In this document: positions 56,661-64,000 of the stretch, piece after piece
How the letters are laid out: every line of letters starts with the position of its first letter
Position numbering within the stretch: position 1 is the stretch's first letter
Assembly: GCA_050506795.1 (NCBI GenBank)
Contig: JBJHCF010000021.1
Location: forward strand, 22,195 to 86,194
Source of the DNA: Opitutia bacterium
GTDB lineage: Bacteria > Verrucomicrobiota > Verrucomicrobiia > Opitutales > T3Sed10-336
Direction: 5' to 3'
Length of the DNA stretch: 64,000 bases
Made by a program: the position numbers and the translations under genes
Notes under the pieces: generated by a model
Databases searched by the model: none
The model's input: the letters and a program-made list of their open reading frames with translations, nothing else
What the model was told of the DNA's origin: nothing

Positions 56661-58163
56661 TCAGATCTCCAACTGCGGACGATCTTTTTTCGGCCAGTCA
56701 ATATGGAAGAACTTTCCTCGCGGTTGGTCGACCCGCTCGTAGGTGTGAGCGCCGAAGTAATCGCGCTGACCCTGGAGAAGATTGGCCGGCAGACGCTCCG
56801 CCCGGTAGCTGTCGTAATAGGCCAGGGCCGAGGCGAATGCCGGAGCTGCCACGCCGTGCTGGGCGGCGAGGGCGACGACCCTGCGCCAATTGGCCTGGCC
56901 CTTCCGGATGGCGTCGTTGAAGTAGGGATCGAGCAGCAGGTTGGCGAGGTCCGGGGCGCGATTGTAGGCGTCGGTGATTTTCTGCAGGAAGCGCGCCCGG
57001 ATGATGCAACCGCCCCGGAAGATCTTGGCGATCTCCCCAAAGCTCAGGGTCCAGTTGTATTCCTCCTGGGCCGCCCGCATCAATTGGAAGCCCTGCGCGT
57101 AGGAACAGATTTTCGAGCAGTAAAGCGCGTCGCGAACGGCGTCGATGAAGGATTGACGGTCGCCTTCAAAGGTGATCTCCGGGCCCTCGAGTTGCTGAGA
57201 GGCGGCGACGCGTTCCTCCTTCAGCGCGCTTACGCAGCGTGAAAATACCGCCTCGGCTATGGTCGGAGCAGGGACACCCATATCGAGGGCGCTTACCGAA
57301 GTCCATTTGCCGGTGCCTTTCTGCCCGGCGGTATCCAGCACGATGTCGACAAAATCGGCGCCGGTGACCGGATCCTTTTGGCGGAGAATGTCAGCCGTGA
57401 TCTCGATCAGGAAAGAGTCGAGTTCACCCTCGTTCCAACGGCCGAACACCTCGCCCATTTCCTCGGCGCTCATGCCGGCGACATCTTTCATCAGGGCGTA
57501 CGCCTCGCAGATCATCTGCATGTCGCCGTATTCAATCCCGTTGTGCACCATTTTGACGTAGTGGCCGGCGCCATCGGGTCCGATGTGGGTGGTGCAGGGA
57601 ACGCCGCCTTCGACCGGTTTTCCCGGAGCGGCGTCTTCGAGCGGTTTGCCGGTGTCCGGATCCACCTTGGCCGCAATGGCTTCCCAGATGGGCCGAATCT
57701 CCTCCCAGGCGCCGGCTTCTCCGCCGGGCATCAGGGAGGGGCCGAAGCGTGCGCCTTCCTCCCCTCCGGAGACTCCGGAACCGATGAATCGAAGTCCCTT
57801 TTCCCGGAGTTCCTTTTCCCGGCGGATGGTGTCGATCCAGTAGGCGTTGCCCCCGTCGATGATAATATCGCCTTTTTCCAGAAGCGGTGTCAGGTCGTTG
57901 ATGACCGCGTCGGTGGCCTTCCCCGCCTGGACCATGATCACGATCTTGCGCGGTCGTTTGAGCGACTGCACGAGTTCATTGAGGGTGGTGGCGCCGATAA
58001 GGCCGCCGGGGGTGTCCGGGTTTTCCGCGACAAAGCGTTCGGTCTTTTCGGTGGTGCGGTTGTAGGCCGTCAGCTTAAAGCCGTGGTCGGCGATGTTCAG
58101 TGCAAGGTTCTGGCCCATGACCGCCAGACCGATGAGTCCGATGTCGGATGATGCGTCATTCAT
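56661..58163 (-). CDS. gnd: NADP-dependent 6-phosphogluconate dehydrogenase
   Basis: [48 protein letters not shown]. Confidence 0.98.
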   Translation of the reverse strand: MNDASSDIGLIGLAVMGQNLALNIADHGFKLTAYNRTTEKTERFVAENPDTPGGLIGATTLNELVQSLKRPRKIVIMVQAGKATDAVINDLTPLLEKGDIIIDGGNAYWIDTIRREKELREKGLRFIGSGVSGGEEGARFGPSLMPGGEAGAWEEIRPIWEAIAAKVDPDTGKPLEDAAPGKPVEGGVPCTTHIGPDGAGHYVKMVHNGIEYGDMQMICEAYALMKDVAGMSAEEMGEVFGRWNEGELDSFLIEITADILRQKDPVTGADFVDIVLDTAGQKGTGKWTSVSALDMGVPAPTIAEAVFSRCVSALKEERVAASQQLEGPEITFEGDRQSFIDAVRDALYCSKICSYAQGFQLMRAAQEEYNWTLSFGEIAKIFRGGCIIRARFLQKITDAYNRAPDLANLLLDPYFNDAIRKGQANWRRVVALAAQHGVAAPAFASALAYYDSYRAERLPANLLQGQRDYFGAHTYERVDQPRGKFFHIDWPKKDRPQLEI

Positions 58164-58349
58164 GACAAATTGTGGTGTCAGTTTCAGTTGCCAGGAGTCT
58201 GGCGGGTTTCGTCGACAGACTCCTAAAACGTTTATCCAACGGTACCGGCGGCCGACTGAAAAGGTTTTTCTTGGGGGCTTCGCGTTGGAGGGCGCCTCCG
58301 GTTCGATGCTTGCCGCTCAGCGGGGGGCGGATTAGGTTTTTTGGCACTG

Positions 58350-59708
58350 ATGAAAAAAGATGAGCGGCAGTTCGATTTTCTCTCCGGGGAAACGCTTGCC
58401 GGGGCTCCGGAGGAGGAGAGGCGCTCCGGCTCGCCCTACCGTCCGCTGGCGGCGCGCATGCGACCCGAATCCCTCGACGAGATAATCGGTCAAACTCACC
58501 TCCTGCGCGCGGACGCATTGCTCCCGCAACTCATTCGGACCAACCGCTTCGGCAGTCTCTTGTTTTACGGGCCTCCCGGATCGGGCAAAACCACTTTGGC
58601 GGAAGTGATTGCACGGGAGACCGGTGGACGATTTGTGCGGGTCAACGCCGTCCAGTCCAACGTCGCCGAATTGCGCGGAATCCTGGAGGTGGCGCGGCGG
58701 CGCCCCGAAGCCGGCACCATTTTGTTCATCGACGAACTCCATCGCTTCAATAAGGCGCAGCAGGATCTCCTGTTGCCGGACGTGGAGGAGGGTTCCGTGC
58801 GGCTGATTGGCGCGACGACCCACAATCCAGGGTTTTATGTCAACCCGCCCCTGCTGAGCCGCAGCCATCTTTTTCGTCTCGAGCCGCTGTCGGTCGAAGA
58901 GGTGACCGCGATCCTGCAACGGGCCTTGGAGGATGCGGAGCGAGGTTTGGGGGATCGACGGTGCACGGCGTCCGAAGCGGTGCTGAAGGCCCTGGCCGGG
59001 ATGTGTGACGGCGACCTGAGGCGGGCGTTGAATGCCCTGGAGGTGATCGTGATGAGCCGTCCGGAAGGGGCGGCCCTGGAGGCGGAACATCTGGAAGCTT
59101 TCGCCATGGAGCGCCGGATTCGTTACGATGCCAACGAGGACGAGCATTACGACACGGTTTCGGCGTACATCAAAAGCATGCGCGGGGGAGATCCCGATGC
59201 GGCTCTTTACTGGCTGGCGAAAATGCTGGCCGGGGGCGAGGACCCGCGTTTCATCGCCCGACGTCTGGTGATCCTGGCTTCCGAAGATGTGGGGTTGGCG
59301 GACTCGCAGGCGCTGCCTCTGGCCACCGCCGCGCACCATGCCTGTGATTTTGTCGGGTTGCCCGAGTGTGAACTCAACCTGGCCCATGCCACCGTTTACC
59401 TGGCTGTCGCCCCCAAGAGCAACCGGGCCTACCTCGCTCTGGCGGAAGCCAGGAAGGCGCTTGGTGAGCGGCCGGTGCAAGCGGTGCCCGTTCACCTGCG
59501 CGACAAGGGGGGGCAGGCCTCCAAGCGATTGGGGCACGGTGCGGGTTATGAGTACAGCCACGACTATCCCGAGGCGATTTCCGGACAGGATTTTCTCGAA
59601 ACCCCGCTTTCGTTTTACCGGCCCGGCGAAAACGGCGAGGAAAAGGAAATCGCCGCGCGACTGGCGCGCTGGCGCCAGTTGAAGGAGGCGCGGCAAGCCG
59701 GCCGGTGA
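58350..59708 (+). CDS. rarA: Replication-associated recombination protein A
   Basis: PLAARMRP, GPPGSGKTT, FIDELHRFNKAQQD, KSMRGGDPDA, ASEDVG, PKSN. Confidence 0.96.
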   Translation: MKKDERQFDFLSGETLAGAPEEERRSGSPYRPLAARMRPESLDEIIGQTHLLRADALLPQLIRTNRFGSLLFYGPPGSGKTTLAEVIARETGGRFVRVNAVQSNVAELRGILEVARRRPEAGTILFIDELHRFNKAQQDLLLPDVEEGSVRLIGATTHNPGFYVNPPLLSRSHLFRLEPLSVEEVTAILQRALEDAERGLGDRRCTASEAVLKALAGMCDGDLRRALNALEVIVMSRPEGAALEAEHLEAFAMERRIRYDANEDEHYDTVSAYIKSMRGGDPDAALYWLAKMLAGGEDPRFIARRLVILASEDVGLADSQALPLATAAHHACDFVGLPECELNLAHATVYLAVAPKSNRAYLALAEARKALGERPVQAVPVHLRDKGGQASKRLGHGAGYEYSHDYPEAISGQDFLETPLSFYRPGENGEEKEIAARLARWRQLKEARQAGR

Positions 59709-59734
59709 GCGCGGGTTAACGCAGCGTCCTTGGT

Positions 59735-60664
59735 TCAGCGGGACTCGATTATCCGGTGCTGTACCCGGGCCGCGATGCTTTTGGGTTCGATCTGCCGGCC
59801 GCTCAACTCGACATAGGCCCGGGTGAATTCGGCGCCGTAGAGGAGGATGAGCGATGAGTAATAAACCCAGAGCAATACCGCCACCAGCGAGCCGGCCGCT
59901 CCATAGGTCGAAGCGGTGCCGGTGTGGCTCAGGTAGAATGAAATCAGGAATTTCCCGGCAATGAAAAGGACCGCGGTGGTGACCGCTCCGCGACCGACAT
60001 CGCTCCAGCGTAGCTTAACATCGGGCAACATCTTGAAAATCATGCCGAAGAGGAAGCTGATGACGAGAAACGAGATCAACAGGTCGGCGCCGGCAAGCAT
60101 GGCCGGGGGAATGCTGATACGGTCATCGGCGAAACGAATTACCGCGCTGATCACGGTGGAAAGCACCAGCGACACCAGCAGGAGAAAGCCAATGGTGAGG
60201 ACGACCGTCAGTGAAAGCAGGCGGGTTTTCAGGAGATTGAGGATGCCGCTGCGGGTGGGTTTGACCGTGACATCCCAGACCTGGTTTAGCGATTGCTGCA
60301 GCTGTCCAAACACCGTGGTCGCGCCGATAGCCAGCAGGATGACCCCCATAAGCGTGGAAATGTAGCCGGTGTTGTCGAAGCTCGATTGGGCGATGGCTGT
60401 CTCCAGCGCTCCGGCGCTCTCCTCGCCCATGATATCGCCGAACTGACCAACGATTTCACCCTGGGCGGCTTTCTCGCCGTAAACAAATCCGGTAACCGCC
60501 ACCGCGATGATCAGGATAGGCGCCATGGAAAACAAAGTATAAAAGGCCAGGGCGGCTGCGTGTTGAAAGGCGTTGTGGGTCAGCCAGTTCTTGGCGGCTT
60601 TTACCGCCACCCGAACCCAGAAAAGCGGATGATTGAAGAGTGCTTTCGACATGATTTTGGGCAT
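59735..60664 (-). CDS. YihY/BrkB family membrane protein
   Basis: AAALAFYTLFS, LNQVW, YGAAGS, LLWVYYS, GAEF. Start may be 60652. Confidence 0.92.
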   Translation of the reverse strand: MPKIMSKALFNHPLFWVRVAVKAAKNWLTHNAFQHAAALAFYTLFSMAPILIIAVAVTGFVYGEKAAQGEIVGQFGDIMGEESAGALETAIAQSSFDNTGYISTLMGVILLAIGATTVFGQLQQSLNQVWDVTVKPTRSGILNLLKTRLLSLTVVLTIGFLLLVSLVLSTVISAVIRFADDRISIPPAMLAGADLLISFLVISFLFGMIFKMLPDVKLRWSDVGRGAVTTAVLFIAGKFLISFYLSHTGTASTYGAAGSLVAVLLWVYYSSLILLYGAEFTRAYVELSGRQIEPKSIAARVQHRIIESR

Positions 60665-60774
60665 CTGCGGAAGGACCGAATCGGAGAAGGACAAGGTAAC
60701 GCTCCGGTCAGGGAAATGCAATCGGGGTTTGCCGGAGAGATGAAGCGAGCCAGGAGGCTTGCGTGTAAAAAAAG

Positions 60775-60859
60775 ATGGATGGACCGCCTACCCCTAAACG
60801 GCCCATCCTTTAGGGCAAAAAAATGGGTGGACCGCCTACCCCTAAACGGTCCACCCTTT
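60775..60859 (-). repeat. Two tandem 37-bp hairpin units (period 48 bp), terminator-like on the minus strand
   Basis: ATGGRTGGACCG-CCTACCCCTAAA-CGGYCCAYCC-TTT twice, each preceded by an A-tract on the + strand. Confidence 0.85.
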
Positions 60860-61006
60860 GCTTTCTTAGTTACCCCAAACCTCCGCAGTGCGGAGGAAAT
60901 TCAAATCTTATGAAAACATATAGATCACATGGATTGATGGGTTGCAAGCCCTGATTTGAAAAAAAGTGATTTTTTTTGTTGGGGGCAGTCCCGGTTCCTG
61001 GTGCGT

Positions 61007-62029
61007 TTACCCTCTGACGATAAGATCGGGTTTCAGCGCGGCGACCGTAGCCAACGTGTTTGCATTTGGCGGGCCGAAATCGTCCCGGGGGAACTGCCCG
61101 GTCTGGACGCTTCCAATCAGTTTTGGGACGAGGCGGCGCAACGTGGATAGCGCGTAACCGCCCTCCAGAAAGAAACAACAGGGAACCCCGTCCGCTTCCA
61201 GGCGCTTGAGGAGGTGTCCGTACATGGCCAGGAAACCGGCGTCGGTGAGTTCCATTTGCGCCAGGGGGTCCTCGGCATGGGCATCGAAACCGGCCGAAAC
61301 GATCACCAGTTCCGGAGAGAATGCCTCGATCACCGGACCGACCAGGTGTTCGACAATATATAGGTATTCGGCATCCCCCTGTCCCGGCGAAAGCGGAACG
61401 TTCGCGGTGAATCCACGGCCGGCACCCTTGCCGGTTTCCTCAATGTTTCCAGTGCCCGGGTAGAAGGGGTATTGGTGGATAGAGAGGTAGAAAACCTCCG
61501 CCCGGTCTTCGAAGATGTGCTGTGTTCCGTTGCCGTGGTGGACGTCCGGATCGAATATCAGCACTCTATTCAGTCCCCGTCGGCCAAGCGCGTAGGCGGC
61601 TGCCACGGCCGCGTTGTTGAACAAACAGAAACCCATGGCCCGATCCGCTTCGGCGTGGTGGCCCGGTGGACGCATCAGGCTGAAGGCCACCTGGCCCGGG
61701 TTGTCGAGGACGGAATTGACCGCCTCGATGGCGCCGCCTGCCGACAGTAGTGCGGCCTGGATGCTTCCGGGCGAGACCGCGGTGTCCGGGTCCAGGGCCA
61801 GGTATCGCCCTCGCAAGGCCAGGATCGCATCCACATAATCCGGCTTGTGGACTCGGCAGAGATCCTCTCTCGTGGCTTCCACCGGCTCCCGGCATAACAC
61901 TTTTGCTTCCAAACCGCTCTCATGCAGGCCCTGATCTATGGCCCGCTGCCGATCGGCGCATTCAGGGTGACCGGGTCCGGTGTCGTGTTGGAGACAGGCC
62001 GGATGGCGGAATAAAGTGACTTCTCGCAT
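61007..62029 (-). CDS. Histone deacetylase family (Zn amidohydrolase)
   Basis: GHPE, RPPGHHA, GFCLFNN, DPDVHHGNGTQ, SAGFDAH..DP, LEGGY; start placed at MREVTLF. Confidence 0.95.
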   Translation of the reverse strand: MREVTLFRHPACLQHDTGPGHPECADRQRAIDQGLHESGLEAKVLCREPVEATREDLCRVHKPDYVDAILALRGRYLALDPDTAVSPGSIQAALLSAGGAIEAVNSVLDNPGQVAFSLMRPPGHHAEADRAMGFCLFNNAAVAAAYALGRRGLNRVLIFDPDVHHGNGTQHIFEDRAEVFYLSIHQYPFYPGTGNIEETGKGAGRGFTANVPLSPGQGDAEYLYIVEHLVGPVIEAFSPELVIVSAGFDAHAEDPLAQMELTDAGFLAMYGHLLKRLEADGVPCCFFLEGGYALSTLRRLVPKLIGSVQTGQFPRDDFGPPNANTLATVAALKPDLIVRG

Positions 62030-62104
62030 TCCGGAATTATGACAGCTTGCTGTCCGATATCCAATCTTTACCTGGTTGGGAACGGCGGGTTTACTGTTTC
62101 CAGC

Positions 62105-62848
62105 ATGATCCGTGTTGATGCGATTCTTCATCCTTGCGAATTGGCCGCCTTGCGGGACTCCGATCTGGAGAACACCGTTTGCGTCGTTTTCGACGTGTTG
62201 CGTGCGACATCGAGCATCGTGACCGCGCTGGCCCACGGAGTGAAGGCCGTCCACCCGGCCGAATCGATCGATGAAGCCCGCGCTCTGAAAAAACGGCTCC
62301 CTCATGCGCTCCTGGGAGGCGAGCGCCGCGGGCGGAGGATCGCAGGTTTTGATTTGGGGAATTCCCCGCTGGAGTACCAATCTCTCGCCGATCGGGAGGT
62401 TATCACCACCACCACCAACGGGACCGTTGCGCTGCGGGCCTGCGATCATGCGGCGAGGGTGTTTCCGGGCGCACTTCTCAATGTTGATTATCTGGCGGGA
62501 GTGCTCGGCGCGTTGGCGCCGGAGAATCTGTTGCTGGTTTGTGCCGGCAGCGGCAGACATTTCTCGCTTGAGGATGCGATCGGAGCGGGAGCTATGGTCG
62601 ACGGGCTTCAAGGGGCTGGTATCAAGCTGAGCGACGCCGCCTGGGCCGCACTCAGTATTTATTTGGAGCACCGGGATTCGCTGGAAGAGGTTTTTCGGCA
62701 AACTCGCAATGGGGAGGCGCTCGCGGCCATCGGAAAAAGCGCCGATATTACCTGGTGCGCCCGATTCGCCTGTTTTCAGGTTGCGCCGAGCATGCGAGAC
62801 GGCGTCATACGCCTGGACGAATCCGCTGTGTCGGAAAAGGTTCACTAG
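62105..62848 (+). CDS. comB: 2-phosphosulfolactate phosphatase family protein
   Basis: DVLRATSS, GGER, FDLGNSP, TTTNGT, SLED..GAG. Confidence 0.9.
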   Translation: MIRVDAILHPCELAALRDSDLENTVCVVFDVLRATSSIVTALAHGVKAVHPAESIDEARALKKRLPHALLGGERRGRRIAGFDLGNSPLEYQSLADREVITTTTNGTVALRACDHAARVFPGALLNVDYLAGVLGALAPENLLLVCAGSGRHFSLEDAIGAGAMVDGLQGAGIKLSDAAWAALSIYLEHRDSLEEVFRQTRNGEALAAIGKSADITWCARFACFQVAPSMRDGVIRLDESAVSEKVH

Positions 62849-62888
62849 AACCTTGGCGGTGTCGATCGGATGAATTCATCCAGTGCTA

Positions 62889-62907
62889 AGTGATAATGGG
62901 TCTCATC
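62889..62907. promoter_or_regulatory. Putative Fur-family binding site
   Basis: agTGATAAT-G-GGTCTCAtc resembles the 7-1-7 TGATAAT-N-ATT(A/C)TCA box; about 50 nt upstream of the next gene. Confidence 0.45.
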
Positions 62908-62957
62908 TATCATTTTTAGGTTGCATTAACCTGAAAACACCGGTGAACATCCCCTTG

Positions 62958-63866
62958 ATGTATGAATTGAATTCGCGATCTCTCTCTTTTGTTTCGCTCG
63001 CCGGACGGAGCGTTTTTTCAACCCGTCTTGGACGGTGGTTTCTGTTTGCGGTGGCGGGATGGTTCCCGCTGGCTTTGCCGGCGGCCTTGCTGGTGGATTT
63101 CCAGGACCTTGCGTTGGACGAGAACGCTTTTTGGAACGGTTCCGCCGGGGCTCAGGGCGGAGAGGGGTTTAGCAGCCGGGGCGCTCAGTTCAACAATGCG
63201 TTTACCGACGAATTCGGTTTCGACTCCTGGAGCGGGTGGGCGTATTCAAATGTCCTGGACCAGGAGACTTCCGGCTTTGGCAATCAATACGCCTCCATAT
63301 CCGGTCTGGGGACGGGCGCCAATGGCATCTACGGGGTCGCATATCTTGATTCTTTTACGCCCGTATTTCCGCGCATTGATTTGCCGGCCGGCCATTATCC
63401 GGTGGAGCTGACCGTGACCAACACCACCTACGCCTACTTTTCCATGCTGGAGAGTGACGGCTTCTCCAAACAGTTTTCGGTGGCGGACCAGGACTGGTTT
63501 CGACTGGATATCAGGGGGCTTGACGCGGAGGGGAATCAGACGGGAATCGTGCCGTTTTATCTTGCCGACTTTCGTTTCGAAAGCGCGGATGATGCTTTCA
63601 TTATAGACGAGTGGACCCCGGTCGAGCTCTCCGCTCTGGGAGAAGAGACCCGGTCGCTCGAATTTTCTTTGAGTTCTTCCGATGTGGGTGACTTCGGAAT
63701 GAATACTCCCGCTTATTTCGCCATGGGTGATCTTACGGCAGTGCCCGAGCCTTCGAGTTTCGCGCTCGTGGGTGGAATCGCGGTCGCCGTATTGGTCATA
63801 GGCACCCGCCGCCGACGGAGGAACGACCCAGGTTTTACCGTTAGGCCTGATCGGGACAGCGCATGA
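62958..63866 (+). CDS. DUF4465 domain protein with PEP-CTERM anchor
   Basis: WSGWAYSN, NQY, VTNTTYAY.SM, FYLADFR, SSDVG.FGMNTPAYFA; VPEP, TM helix and RRRRR. Confidence 0.88.
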   Translation: MYELNSRSLSFVSLAGRSVFSTRLGRWFLFAVAGWFPLALPAALLVDFQDLALDENAFWNGSAGAQGGEGFSSRGAQFNNAFTDEFGFDSWSGWAYSNVLDQETSGFGNQYASISGLGTGANGIYGVAYLDSFTPVFPRIDLPAGHYPVELTVTNTTYAYFSMLESDGFSKQFSVADQDWFRLDIRGLDAEGNQTGIVPFYLADFRFESADDAFIIDEWTPVELSALGEETRSLEFSLSSSDVGDFGMNTPAYFAMGDLTAVPEPSSFALVGGIAVAVLVIGTRRRRRNDPGFTVRPDRDSA

Positions 63867-64000
63867 TTTGGTTGGGGTTCAGTGATGGGAGAAGTGCCGG
63901 CGGCCCAGGCCCCCCGCGGTTACCACAACTACCTAGCCCAGCCGTCACAATGATTGAGACGGTAGCATATAAACAAATAAAGCAGCCCACCAAAAGAGCC

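Noticed and set aside
60775..60859. CRISPR array (37-bp palindromic repeats)
   Set aside because: Only two units, an 11-nt spacer, and no cas genes in the window.
62030..62845. 272-aa N-terminal extension of the deacetylase (612-aa ORF)
   Set aside because: It is the antisense shadow of comB; deacetylase motifs begin at MREVTLF (62029).

Overview
Chromosomal segment of a GC-rich bacterium, most likely Verrucomicrobiota/Opitutales (inference from PEP-CTERM proteins, an H-X9-DG prepilin-type protein, a Trp-rich C-terminal surface domain and the RAYT subtype). Acidic exported proteins, NatB and DUF368 weakly suggest a saline or alkaline habitat. About 55 CDS. Housekeeping genes: menC, menE, menF, pdxJ, acpS, nnr, rodZ-like, ftsK, manA-like, metG, cca-like, gnd, rarA. 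Other loci: a GldA/F/G-DUF4340 ABC operon; a pilM/N/O/P-secretin operon followed by a helical-repeat protein and a 1998-aa surface protein; a separate minor-pilin operon; an S8 protease/PEP-CTERM array. No rRNA, tRNA or CRISPR array was recognised. Most notable: (1) a RAYT-type HUH transposase with two inverted AT-rich palindromes, with the G/C strand skew flipping at the first and neighbouring genes AT-shifted; (2) a CxxC / Pro-rich-tail leader ORF (CruR/DUF2946-like) heading a pilin-like gene and a Cys-motif BNR lipoprotein; (3) a translationally coupled array of C-terminal-domain plus PEP-CTERM cassettes; (4) a ~15-aa helical repeat shared by the secretin and its neighbour; (5) a 31-aa bS22-like ORF missing from the ORF track; (6) two inverted copies of a GGAG-REP composite element. 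All family assignments come from motif recognition by eye and all base counts are hand counts; no database search was run.
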